Shown here: in pieces, positions 1 through 9,004 of the stretch
Numbering within the stretch: position 1 is the stretch's first letter
Layout of the letters: each line of letters opens with the position of its first letter
NCBI GenBank assembly: GCA_963764975.1
Contig: CAVXUF010000002.1
Location: 467,809 to 531,808, forward strand
Origin: an uncultured Chloroflexia bacterium
GTDB taxonomy: Bacteria > Chloroflexota > Limnocylindria > Limnocylindrales > CSP1-4
Length of the DNA stretch: 64,000 bases
Direction of reading: 5' to 3'
The notes under the pieces: generated by a model
Databases searched by the model: none
Seen by the model: the letters and a program-made list of their open reading frames with translations, nothing else
Told to the model about the DNA's origin: nothing
Program-made: the position numbers and the translations under genes

Positions 1-29
1 AAGAGCAAGCACGAGCCGCAGCGACGGAA

Positions 30-410
30 ATGGAATGGCGGCGGAGGCTCGCGGCGACTGGCTTCCAGGTCGGCGACTACGACCTCGATGTCGTGGGCGA
101 GTCGAACTACCTCGTCGAGTTGGCAGGTATCAGGGCGGCGCTAACGACCGACCCGCGGACCTTCGAATTGCGAACGTCTGGCGTCCTCGTCCGTGAGCCC
201 GATAACCCGTACGACCGGAATGCCATCAGTGTCTATCTGCTCGGCGTAAAGGTCGGCTATCTGCCACGCGAGGACGCCGAGAACTATCAGCGCGTAGTGC
301 GCCGAGTCACGGACAACTTCGTGGTCCAGGCGAAGATCTTGGGAGGACGTCCGGACGGCATGAATGTCAGTCCGATCGGCGTGCGGCTCGTCGATATCCC
401 TGAACCCTGA
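30..410 (+). CDS. HIRAN domain protein (may be N-terminally truncated by the window edge)
   Basis: VVGESNY...LVREPDNPYDRNAISV...KVGYLPR is the HIRAN signature. Confidence 0.85.
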   Translation: MEWRRRLAATGFQVGDYDLDVVGESNYLVELAGIRAALTTDPRTFELRTSGVLVREPDNPYDRNAISVYLLGVKVGYLPREDAENYQRVVRRVTDNFVVQAKILGGRPDGMNVSPIGVRLVDIPEP

Positions 411-595
411 TATTCCCGCCCCGTGCGGCCAGCGGAGTCCGCGGCGACCGGGGCTGCAACACCCAACAAGTCACGACCCGCCGGTGAATCATCGACCCTG
501 GACCTGATTCAGTCCGCGCCGTCGGGCCGTAGACTCCATCCGTCCGGGCGCTAACGGCCCGGGTCGTCCGGCCGTACTCGTGGAGGGGATCTTCC

Positions 596-799
596 GTGTT
601 AGCGAAGGTCAGCGTCGCCCTGTTGATCGCGATCCTCGGTGTCGTCAGTTTGATTGCGGTTAGGCTGGAGTCAATCGCGGAGACGGCTGAGGCGACGTGT
701 CGAGTCGCCTTTGCCCATGCCAACCCTGATGGCCTGAGTTGGTCCGATATCAAGACCGGCAAAGCGATCAGCTGCCCGTATGTGAGTTTGACCCGATAA
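596..799 (+). CDS. small membrane/secreted hypothetical protein
   Basis: 67-aa ORF with a hydrophobic N-terminal helix and two Cys, followed by a hairpin. Confidence 0.4.
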   Translation: MLAKVSVALLIAILGVVSLIAVRLESIAETAEATCRVAFAHANPDGLSWSDIKTGKAISCPYVSLTR

Positions 800-812
800 G
801 GTGCACCACATA

Positions 813-847
813 ACAAGGCCCACGACGCATGACGTCGTGGGCTTTGT
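813..847. terminator. bidirectional intrinsic terminator-like hairpin
   Basis: ACAAGGCCCACGACG-catga-CGTCGTGGGCTTTGT near-perfect inverted repeat between the convergent + strand ORF and the - strand tRNA fragment. Confidence 0.65.
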
Positions 848-878
848 CGTTCGGGAGCTACGCCGCAACTGGCTAGGC

Positions 879-919
879 GCATGTCAAGCAAGTGCTCTAA
901 CCAGCTGAGCTAGCCGCCC
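879..919 (-). tRNA. tRNA-Val(GAC), 5' half only (interrupted 2 nt after the anticodon loop; likely att junction)
   Basis: Reverse complement GGGCGGCTAGCTCAGCTGGTTAGAGCACTTGC-TTGACAT-GC gives the acceptor 5' strand, D-arm, anticodon stem and GAC loop. It continues GCC... instead of the AAG needed to close the stem. No T-arm or 3' acceptor strand in 1-878. Confidence 0.8.
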
Positions 920-1102
920 GAACGTCGCCGGTCCCCCGAGCTCGAAGCCCCCGTCCCGTTGGCTCGCAGGGTGTTCCACATCCTGCGCCGGGGCGACGGC
1001 CGCGGGTCCGAGGAGCCAGCGGCGGCCCGCATCATACCCCGAGCCCGCGCGGACGGACAACGGCGGCGGACCTCCGGCGCCCGCGTCCCCGATGATGGGG
1101 CC

Positions 1103-1915
1103 ATGCGGGACTACGAGTTGCTGGACGTGGGTGGCGGCGCGCGCCTGGAACGGTTCGGCGACCGGGTCGTGGACCGGCCGGCGCCAGGAGCCCTCGGGTC
1201 GCGCGGCGATCACGAGGGTTGGCACGCCCCCGACCTTCGGTACGAGCGTGACCGAGGCTGGGACGGGCCGCGCCGCGGGGACGGTGCCTGGACCGTGGAG
1301 ATGGACGGCCTGCGGCTCGAGCTGCGGGCGACAGACGCCGGCCAGCTCGGGCTCTTCCCCGAGCACCTGGCACTCCGATCGTGGCTGCTGTCCCAGGGCG
1401 CGACGTCCGTCTTGAACTTGTTCGCCTATACCGGGGCGACGACGCTCGCCCTTGCGGCGGCAGGGACCGCGGTGACACATCTCGACGCCTCCCGTCCATC
1501 CGTGGCCTGGGCCCGACGGAACGCCGAACTGTCCGACCTCAGCGACCGTCCCATCCGCTGGATCGTTGACGATGCCGTCGCGTTCGTCGCGCGCGAAGCG
1601 CGCCGCGGCCATCGATACGACGGCCTGCTGCTCGACCCGCCGACGTACGGGCACGGTGGGCGCGGACACACGTGGCGCATGGAGACAGACCTTGACCCGC
1701 TCCTGGCCGCCTGCGGAAGCGTCCTCGCCCCCGATGGCTTCGCGCTCGTGACCGCCCATACACCGGGGTTCGGCGAGGATCGGCTCGCGACGACCATCTC
1801 GCGCGGCCTGCGGCGCCCGCCGGACCGGGTCGAGACGGGCGCGATGGGCCTCGCCACGGCGGACGGTCGACGGCTCGAGCTGGGGTCGTTCGCGCGCGTG
1901 CCGGCCGGCGCATGA
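1103..1915 (+). CDS. class I SAM-dependent methyltransferase (RlmI/RlmK-like)
   Basis: YELLDVGGGARLERFG, GLFPEH, VLNLFAYTG, LLDPPTYG; ATG at 1103 preferred over the ORF-track start at 959. Confidence 0.85.
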   Translation: MRDYELLDVGGGARLERFGDRVVDRPAPGALGSRGDHEGWHAPDLRYERDRGWDGPRRGDGAWTVEMDGLRLELRATDAGQLGLFPEHLALRSWLLSQGATSVLNLFAYTGATTLALAAAGTAVTHLDASRPSVAWARRNAELSDLSDRPIRWIVDDAVAFVAREARRGHRYDGLLLDPPTYGHGGRGHTWRMETDLDPLLAACGSVLAPDGFALVTAHTPGFGEDRLATTISRGLRRPPDRVETGAMGLATADGRRLELGSFARVPAGA

Positions 1916-1943
1916 TGTCGGGCATGCCAGGCCCTGTCGCACG

Positions 1944-2750
1944 ATGCTGACCAGCCGGACGAACCCGCGGGTCGTGGCCGTCGCCGCTCTCCGCCAGCGG
2001 CGCGAGCGCGACCGTCATGGCCTGACCGTGGTCGACGGCGCCCGCGAGGTCCGTCGGGCGGTCGAGTCGGGGGCCGCGGTGGTGGAGGCCTTCATCTGCG
2101 ACGCCCTGCTGGCCGGGGTGGATGCCAGGGCCGCCCTCGACGCCCTTCGCGCGGCGGGGACGCCGATCACGTCGGTCAGCGACACGGTCTTCGCCAAGCT
2201 CGCGTTCGGGGAGCGGACCGAAGGCGTGCTGGCGGTCGTCCGGATCCCGGACCTGCGACTCCCTGCGCTGGTGTTGCCCGTCGATCCCCTCGTCGTCGTC
2301 ATCGAGGGCGTGGAGAAGCCCGGCAACGTCGGCGCCGTGCTCCGTTCAGCGGATGGGGCCGGGGCAGACGCCCTTGTCGTCGCATCGCCCAGGACGGACC
2401 TCTACAACCCCAACGCGATCCGGGCCAGCGCGGGCACCATCTTCCGCGTGCCGCTGGGCGCGGATGCGTCCCCGGCCGTCGTGGCGTGGGCTCGATCGAA
2501 CGGCCTCCGGATCGTCGCGACACGAGTCGATGCCGAGCGCACCTACGCCGAGACCGATCTTCGCGGTCCGTTGGCGATCGTGCTCGGCGCCGAGACCGAC
2601 GGGCTGACCGAGACCTGGCGCGGCGACGACATCGAGTCCGTTCGGATCCCCATGCGCGGCATCGCCGACAGCCTGAACGTGTCGGTGAGCGCGGCGATCC
2701 TCCTCTACGAGGCCCGTCGACAGCGGGACGCGGAGCAGGCTCCAGGCTAG
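1944..2750 (+). CDS. TrmH/SpoU family RNA methyltransferase
   Basis: EKPGNVGAVLRSADGAG, LGAETDGL, IPMRGIADSLNVSVSA SPOUT motifs. Confidence 0.92.
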   Translation: MLTSRTNPRVVAVAALRQRRERDRHGLTVVDGAREVRRAVESGAAVVEAFICDALLAGVDARAALDALRAAGTPITSVSDTVFAKLAFGERTEGVLAVVRIPDLRLPALVLPVDPLVVVIEGVEKPGNVGAVLRSADGAGADALVVASPRTDLYNPNAIRASAGTIFRVPLGADASPAVVAWARSNGLRIVATRVDAERTYAETDLRGPLAIVLGAETDGLTETWRGDDIESVRIPMRGIADSLNVSVSAAILLYEARRQRDAEQAPG

Positions 2751-4396
2751 CGCTCGAAGACGACCTCGCCGTCCATCAGCACGATCGACGGGCGCGTCCC
2801 CGATAGCGGTCCGCCGGGCCTGACCGGCTCTTCGATCGAGGCCGCCGGGATGATCGCGATGTCCGCGCGATGGCCCGGGATCAGCCGCCCGCGGTCGTGC
2901 TCGCCGGCAGAAACGGCCGGATCAAGGCAGGCCGCTCGCAGGGCTCGCGCCAGAGTCAGAGCCTCGCCCGGGCCGAACGCCGGCGTCCCCGCTGGCCAGG
3001 CCGGATCCTCGCGCGTGACCGCGAGCGCGATCCCCGGCCACGGGTCGAACGGCTCGACGGGCGCGTCCGTCCCGAGTGGCAGCACGGCCCCGGTCGACGC
3101 CAGCGATGCCCAGGCGTAGCCGCGCGATTCTGCCCGGTCACCCCACAGGCGCCGCGCCTTCGCGGCATCCGACCCCAGGTGGACCGGCTGCACGCTGGCG
3201 GCGATCCCACCGGCGGCGAACCGCGCCCGGTCATCGGGATGGACCATCTGCGCGTGCTCGACGCGCGGCATGAGCGCGAGATCGCGCCGATGCGCCCTCA
3301 GCGTGTCGATCGCCGCGCGCACGGCCGCGTCCCCGATCGCGTGGACCTGGCTCGCGATCCCGGCGGCGGCCGCTCGTCCCACGACGCGATCGAGTTCGTC
3401 CGGCGGGGTCATCCAGACGCCGCGCCGCCGATCGGGTGGCAACGGCTGGTCCGCCTCCGGTTCGATGTCTTCGAGCAGCGCGGCCGTCCGGGACCCGAGT
3501 GATCCGTCCGCGAAGCACTTCTGCCAGCCGATCCGCGCTCGTCCCGCCGGATCCGAACCCAGGACCAAACCGCTCCGCAGTCCGCCGGCGATCGCGGTCT
3601 CCAGGGAGTCATCGCGCAGCGACGCGTGGACGCGGACGGGCAAGCGCCCGGCATCGGCCAGGTGCGCATAGGCCGGGAAGGCATACGTCAAGTCCGGATC
3701 CGGTGCGACGCCGCCCGGGTCGTGACACGCGACGACCCCGAGCGCGACCAGTTCCCGGCCCACCTCGGTGATGGCGAGCGCAAGGGCGATCGGGTCCATC
3801 GGCGGGACGTGGATGGTGACGAGCCGGCTCGCGGATTCGTAGAGCACGCCCTCGGGGCGTCCGTCGTCCGTCCGACGGATGACGCCGCCCGGTGGGTCGG
3901 CGGTGTCGTCGGCGATCGCGGCGGCCCGCAGCGCGGCGTGGCTGACGAGGAGCGCGTGGTGGTCGTGCGCCCAGACCGACACCCGCCGGCCGGGCGCGAC
4001 ACGCTCGACATCATCGGCCGTCGGCCAGCGGCCCCAGCGGTCGGCGTCCCAGCCATGCCCTTCGATCCAGGTGTCCGGGGCCGCTGCCCGCCCGTGAGCC
4101 GCTGCGATCATCGCCATCCCGTCGTCGAGCGTCGCCGCGGTCGTCAGGTCGACGTGATGGCGGGCCATCGCCGTCTGGACGAGGTGGAGGTGCGCGTCGG
4201 TCAGGCCCGGGATCGCGACCTCATCGTCCGCAAGGACGAGGCGCTGCGTGAACGGGTCCGCCCGGGTCTCGAGATCCACCTCGGAGCCGGCGAAGGCGAT
4301 GCGTCCGTCACGAACCCCGATGGCCTCGACCCAACCGAACCCCCCGGGGCCGGCGAGCGTGGCGATCCGACCCGTGATGAGCATGTCGAGGGGCAT
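2747..4396 (-). CDS. amidohydrolase family 3 (YtcJ-like)
   Basis: PGLTDAHLH, KCFADGSLGSRTA, VHAIGDAA, RVEHAQ, GTDAPVE. Confidence 0.9.
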   Translation of the reverse strand: MPLDMLITGRIATLAGPGGFGWVEAIGVRDGRIAFAGSEVDLETRADPFTQRLVLADDEVAIPGLTDAHLHLVQTAMARHHVDLTTAATLDDGMAMIAAAHGRAAAPDTWIEGHGWDADRWGRWPTADDVERVAPGRRVSVWAHDHHALLVSHAALRAAAIADDTADPPGGVIRRTDDGRPEGVLYESASRLVTIHVPPMDPIALALAITEVGRELVALGVVACHDPGGVAPDPDLTYAFPAYAHLADAGRLPVRVHASLRDDSLETAIAGGLRSGLVLGSDPAGRARIGWQKCFADGSLGSRTAALLEDIEPEADQPLPPDRRRGVWMTPPDELDRVVGRAAAAGIASQVHAIGDAAVRAAIDTLRAHRRDLALMPRVEHAQMVHPDDRARFAAGGIAASVQPVHLGSDAAKARRLWGDRAESRGYAWASLASTGAVLPLGTDAPVEPFDPWPGIALAVTREDPAWPAGTPAFGPGEALTLARALRAACLDPAVSAGEHDRGRLIPGHRADIAIIPAASIEEPVRPGGPLSGTRPSIVLMDGEVVFER

Positions 4397-4399
4397 CGG

Positions 4400-5914
4400 T
4401 CAGGCGGGCTCGATCGGCGGGTGCCATGCCTCGGAGTCCTCGGCTTCGTCGGCCCGCGTCCCTGCGGGGTGGACCGCGACGCGGACGGTCGGGTTGGCGT
4501 GGCGGTCCTCGTGCCAGGTGTCGCGGTCGGCGCCAAGGGCTGCGGCGATCGGATCCAGGGTGTGTGGGTCGGCCGATACGTGGGCATCAGCCGGCAACAT
4601 CGGCCCGCGCAGGAAGATCGACCCGACTCCGGCCACGAATACCGCGACGGCCACCGAGATGAGGACGGTGGTGGTCCCGATCAGGTCCGAGATCGGCCCG
4701 ACGATGATGATCGGCACGAAGCTGGCCACGGATACGAGCATGTTCAGGACCCCGAACACGCGCCCTCGGACATCCGGTGGCAGGTCCTCCTGGAGCTGCG
4801 TCTGGGATGGGATGGCGACGAGGCCGTACGCGATGCCAGCCAGCAAGGCGATCACGACCACGACAGCAAGGAGTGAGGTGATCCCCGACATGTCAACGCC
4901 ACCGGGGGCGTCCGCGCCCTGGAGGAGCCGGCTGATCGGGCCGGCGATCGACAGCAGGGCCAGGAGCACCCCGAGGGCGACGAGAGCGCCTTCGATCACG
5001 CGGCGTCGCGGGAGATACCGGCCATAGGCGTTGAGCAACAGGATCCCGGTCACGATGCCGAACCCAAGCGGCAGGACCACGACAGCGAAGTCCTTGGGCG
5101 CCAGGCCCAGCGTCTCGCTGGCGAAGTCCGGCCCAAGGACGCCGAGGACGCCGACCAGGGAGGCCGTGATCCCCAGGTAGAGGAGCGACCACCCGATCGT
5201 GCGGTGCCCGCGGATGAAGACCAGACCTTCGCGCAGCTGGGCGACGGTCGAGCTGACCGCGCGTTCTGCCGCATCGATCCCCACGTGGGCGTCGGCCGAG
5301 GCGCGCGCCGGTGGCGGCGACGACGGCAGCGCGAAACAGAACGCCGCGGCGATGAAGTAGAGGATGGCGACGACGAGGATCACGCCCTCAGGGGTGGCGA
5401 TGTTGACGACGAGCGGGCCGAGGAGCGCGAACCCCAGCGCGAACGCAGCGTTCAGGGTCAGGGTGAAGACCCCGTTCGCGGTCTGGAGATGCTCCCGCTT
5501 GACGACGGACGGGATCATCGCCGCCTCGGCCGGGGCGAAGAAGACGGTCACGGTCGAGATGAACGTATTAAGCAGGAGGATCAGAACGAGGTTGTCACCG
5601 ATCAGGAACAGGGCGATGAACGCCACGCCGCGGATCAGGTTCGTGGCGACCAGGATGTGGCGGCGGTCGATCCGGTCCACATAGACCCCCGCCACCGCCG
5701 AGAAGAGCACCGCGGGGACCAGGAAGGTGAGGATCAGGAGGCTGACGATGGTGTTCAGGCCCGTCGAACTCAGCACGATGACCGTCAGCCCGAACAGGAC
5801 CATGTTCCCGCCGATCTGGGTCGCGGCCTGCGACAGCCAGAGACGCATGAACGCGCCGTTGCGGAACAGCGACGAGGACCCCAGGGCGGGTGTCGCGGGA
5901 TCGACCACCGTCAC
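4400..5914 (-). CDS. MFS transporter (H+ antiporter/DHA3-like)
   Basis: About 12 hydrophobic segments, AGVYVDRIDRR motif A, RGRVFG. Confidence 0.9.
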   Translation of the reverse strand: MTVVDPATPALGSSSLFRNGAFMRLWLSQAATQIGGNMVLFGLTVIVLSSTGLNTIVSLLILTFLVPAVLFSAVAGVYVDRIDRRHILVATNLIRGVAFIALFLIGDNLVLILLLNTFISTVTVFFAPAEAAMIPSVVKREHLQTANGVFTLTLNAAFALGFALLGPLVVNIATPEGVILVVAILYFIAAAFCFALPSSPPPARASADAHVGIDAAERAVSSTVAQLREGLVFIRGHRTIGWSLLYLGITASLVGVLGVLGPDFASETLGLAPKDFAVVVLPLGFGIVTGILLLNAYGRYLPRRRVIEGALVALGVLLALLSIAGPISRLLQGADAPGGVDMSGITSLLAVVVVIALLAGIAYGLVAIPSQTQLQEDLPPDVRGRVFGVLNMLVSVASFVPIIIVGPISDLIGTTTVLISVAVAVFVAGVGSIFLRGPMLPADAHVSADPHTLDPIAAALGADRDTWHEDRHANPTVRVAVHPAGTRADEAEDSEAWHPPIEPA

Positions 5915-6159
5915 GCGTGACGATCCGGCATCGGACCGAGGGCCGCGCTGATCGCAGGATCACCGCGACGCACGAAGGCGACGATCCGGCGCTCCAGGGC
6001 TCGGCGTTCCAGGAGCACGTGTCGACCGCATCCCTGGCACCGCAATCCGATGTCCGCGCCAAGGCGATCGACCAGCCATACATCCCCGCCACATGGGTGC
6101 CGCCGTCGCAATCGCACGATGTCGCCGACGAACAGCGTCTGGACGTCCTGATCGCTCAT
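5911..6159 (-). CDS. DUF951 family protein
   Basis: GDIVRLRRRHPCGGDVW...GADIGLRCQGCGR. Confidence 0.88.
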   Translation of the reverse strand: MSDQDVQTLFVGDIVRLRRRHPCGGDVWLVDRLGADIGLRCQGCGRHVLLERRALERRIVAFVRRGDPAISAALGPMPDRHA

Positions 6160-6174
6160 TCGCCGGTCAGCCTA

Positions 6175-6849
6175 TCAAAGCGACGGCCGCCCGGCGGTCG
6201 GCACCAGGTTCCGTTCTGTGGCGGGGAGCTCCAGTCGGTCGAGTGGCGTGACGGTCAGGACGGCTTCCGGTCGGGTCGCCGCGAGCTGCGCGATGACCCC
6301 GCCCGCCCGCAACAGCGAACCCGTGAGTTGTTCGGATGACCCGATCGCCGACAGCTCGAACACCTCCCCGAGCGCGTCGCCGTCCACCGCCGCCTCCCCT
6401 GGCCCACCGGCGATCTCGGTGCCCGGGACGACACGCACGCGCTCGATCGCGATCGCCTCGGCTCCGGCGTTGCGAAGCTCGTTGACGAGGTCCTCGACCC
6501 CGGGGCCATCGATCGGCCCGGCGACCAGGATCGAGACCCCGGGCCCGACGACCGGATCAAGGCCGGCGAACGCCCGGACGCGGCGCAGGTCCGTGCGGAT
6601 CTCGTCGATCGACGCCTCGCCGCGGTCCTGGTTGCGAGTCAGCGCCGCCAGATTGCCCTCGAGCGTGGCGACCTCACGGCGCAACTGGTCGTTGCGGGCG
6701 TTGAGATTGGCGACGAGGACCGTCAGGTCCTGCGCCGAGAGGGCGGCGAGACCGGTGCCGCCCGCTTGCGCCCGGAGCTGAACGACGACGAGCAACCCGA
6801 GCACGAAGGCCACCGCCGCGATCGTGAGCTGGTTCCGACGTCGATGCAT
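6175..6849 (-). CDS. DUF881 domain protein
   Basis: N-terminal TM, coiled coil, AGLDPVVGPGV...LVNELRNAGAEAIAI; start MHRRRNQ at 6849. Confidence 0.85.
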   Translation of the reverse strand: MHRRRNQLTIAAVAFVLGLLVVVQLRAQAGGTGLAALSAQDLTVLVANLNARNDQLRREVATLEGNLAALTRNQDRGEASIDEIRTDLRRVRAFAGLDPVVGPGVSILVAGPIDGPGVEDLVNELRNAGAEAIAIERVRVVPGTEIAGGPGEAAVDGDALGEVFELSAIGSSEQLTGSLLRAGGVIAQLAATRPEAVLTVTPLDRLELPATERNLVPTAGRPSL

Positions 6850-6854
6850 GCGCG

Positions 6855-7652
6855 TCAGCTCGGCGCCGGGGTCGGGCTCGGTCCCGCCGGAGGCGCGGGC
6901 GTCGCGGTCGGTGTCGGCGCGGGGCGGGCGTAGCGGAGCGAGACCGTGCCCGCGAACGCCGGCATGTCGACCGATGGCGGTTCGGCGAAGGAGAGACGGA
7001 TCCCGTACCCCTGACCGCGCGCTCGCACGAAATCGACGAACCCGGCGGAGGCCAGGAGTCGGTCGTACATCCCGCTCGGCCCTAGGGCCGTGATCTGGTA
7101 GGGCGGGGCGAGGTAGGCGGAGTTGACGAGGACGGACTGGCCGATGTCGATGAACGACGATGTCGCGGTCACCCGCTCCCCGTTCACGGCGATCGCCTCG
7201 GCGCCCGCGAGCCACAGTTCGTCGATGACGGTCCGGATGTCTCGCGACGCCACCAGGTAGTCCGATTCGTTCGCGTCCGGGGCCACCGGCTGGAGCGAAT
7301 CCTCCAGACGAAGCACCATCCCGGTGCCGGCCAGGGGGATCAGTCCCGCGGCGATCCGCGCACCCTCCAGTTCATCGTTGAGGGCCTTCACGGCCGCAGC
7401 CGACCCCGCGCCGGCGCCCTCAACCACCACGATCTGCGCTCGCAGCTCGAGGATCCGGGTCTTGAGGGCGTCCTGCTGGGCCTGCAGCTCCGTCGCCGTC
7501 TCGAGCAACGGCGATCGCTGCTGCGTCGTGTATCGGACGCGCGGGCCTTCGCTCGCCAGCTGGGCGGCCACGAGGAACCCCATCCCGAGGAGGGCCGCAC
7601 CGAGGGTCAACTGCCAGCTGGGGATCCGCCGCACGCGTTCCGCGATGGTCAC
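6855..7652 (-). CDS. DUF881 domain protein
   Basis: AGLIPLAGTGMVLRLED...DELWLAGAEAIAVNGERV...PPYQITALG. Confidence 0.88.
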   Translation of the reverse strand: MTIAERVRRIPSWQLTLGAALLGMGFLVAAQLASEGPRVRYTTQQRSPLLETATELQAQQDALKTRILELRAQIVVVEGAGAGSAAAVKALNDELEGARIAAGLIPLAGTGMVLRLEDSLQPVAPDANESDYLVASRDIRTVIDELWLAGAEAIAVNGERVTATSSFIDIGQSVLVNSAYLAPPYQITALGPSGMYDRLLASAGFVDFVRARGQGYGIRLSFAEPPSVDMPAFAGTVSLRYARPAPTPTATPAPPAGPSPTPAPS

Positions 7653-9004
7653 CTGTCCGCGTCCCGGCGGCGGTATGCCGCCACGAGACCGAAGCCGAAG
7701 ACGATCGCCACGATCGCGAGGAGCACGCCGACCACCACGCTCTGGTCGCCACTGGACGAGTCGGGCGTGCCGGGCTCGCCGCCCGTGGCGGATGGGGTCG
7801 CAGACGCGATCGCCCCGGGCTCCGTCGGCGCCGCACTCGGGCCGACGGACGGGGCACCGTTACCGGACCAGCCCGGCGGGAACGGACCCGTCGGCGCCGG
7901 CTGCGGCCCGAGCCGTTCGGGGATCGACGTCCCCAGGTCCGCCAGCCACGCGTCCGAGAAGGCCTCCATGTCCATCCCGATGGCCGCCTCGAACGCTTCG
8001 TCGTCGGTCAGGCCATTCGCGTAGGAGCGAACCAAGCCAACGAGCGCCGCCTTCGTATGCGTCCGGATGAGGAAGTCCACCGCCGAGACGCTCTCCGAGT
8101 AGGCCAGCCCGAAGCCGTCCGCCGTGGTCGGGAACTGGCCGGTCAGTCCGGTCAGTGGGACCAGCGTGCCGGCGTTCGCGGCTCGCTCCACGGCCCGTCG
8201 GTCCGAGGCCGGATAGCCACCTTCGCTCTCGTAGACCGCGAGTCCCTCGTTGAGCCAGCGTGGCGGGAAGTGGTACGGGTTGCGGACCGCGGTGTTGAAG
8301 ACCAGGTGCTGCAGTTCGTGCGGGATCACGATGCCGACCCAGGGTTGGTCGATCTCGGACGGCGTGATGAGCGCGAAGAGCGTCCGGATATCCGAGTTGG
8401 CCTGGCCGCCGACGTTCTCGCGCGTCCCGGGCCCGAGGGCATCACGGAAGTCGTTCTGGCGTGCGTAGACGAAGAAGTCGACCGGTTCGGTCTCGGTCAC
8501 GCCCAGGAGGTCGCTTGACGCCTTGATCGCATCCTCGCCGATCCGGAGGGCCCGCTCGCCGAACGCGGCATCGCCGTCGTACCAGTGCACCCGAACGAGA
8601 TCGCCGGCACGGGTACGCCACTCGAATCGGTCGTCCTGGACCAGGTACCGGGCGACGGGACCTTCGACGCCATCGACGCGCCAGCGGTAGCGCAGTGGCG
8701 TGTTCGGCAGCACGTGAGCGCCACCGCCGACCGGGAGCGAGTACGACAGCGTCTGGGCGCCACCTGCCGCCGGTGGGTCGATCGCGTACACGGTGGGGCC
8801 GAGCGCGTCGGCGAAGGTGATCAGCAACTCGACCGACGCCGGCGGACCGCTCAGGGTGACGGCCTGCGTGAAGTCCACGGACTGGCCGAACGACCCGACC
8901 GCCGAACCGCGACCGAAGGTGACATCGTCAACCGCCGTAACAGCCCCGGCTGCCAGCCCGCTCGCCAAGACGGCGACCACGAGGGCAACCCTCACTCGGC
9001 CCAT
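7649..9004 (-). CDS. secreted/membrane-anchored MA-clan zinc metallopeptidase (Peptidase_MA-like)
   Basis: Signal peptide, HELQH and PRWLNEGLA motifs, C-terminal TM. Confidence 0.85.
   Translation of the reverse strand: MGRVRVALVVAVLASGLAAGAVTAVDDVTFGRGSAVGSFGQSVDFTQAVTLSGPPASVELLITFADALGPTVYAIDPPAAGGAQTLSYSLPVGGGAHVLPNTPLRYRWRVDGVEGPVARYLVQDDRFEWRTRAGDLVRVHWYDGDAAFGERALRIGEDAIKASSDLLGVTETEPVDFFVYARQNDFRDALGPGTRENVGGQANSDIRTLFALITPSEIDQPWVGIVIPHELQHLVFNTAVRNPYHFPPRWLNEGLAVYESEGGYPASDRRAVERAANAGTLVPLTGLTGQFPTTADGFGLAYSESVSAVDFLIRTHTKAALVGLVRSYANGLTDDEAFEAAIGMDMEAFSDAWLADLGTSIPERLGPQPAPTGPFPPGWSGNGAPSVGPSAAPTEPGAIASATPSATGGEPGTPDSSSGDQSVVVGVLLAIVAIVFGFGLVAAYRRRDADR

Larger units (their letters stand above)
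1..880. mobile_element. right end of an integrated element (island or prophage) inserted in tRNA-Val
   Basis: Truncated tRNA at the junction and an accessory HIRAN gene; integrase not in window. Confidence 0.5.

Noticed and set aside
1-878. Group I intron in tRNA-Val
   Set aside because: A terminator-like hairpin and opposite-strand protein genes follow at once; no intron core elements or 3' exon seen
6175-7652. Tandem DUF881 genes as a novelty
   Set aside because: Paired DUF881 genes are common in Terrabacteria; only the usual small intervening gene is missing
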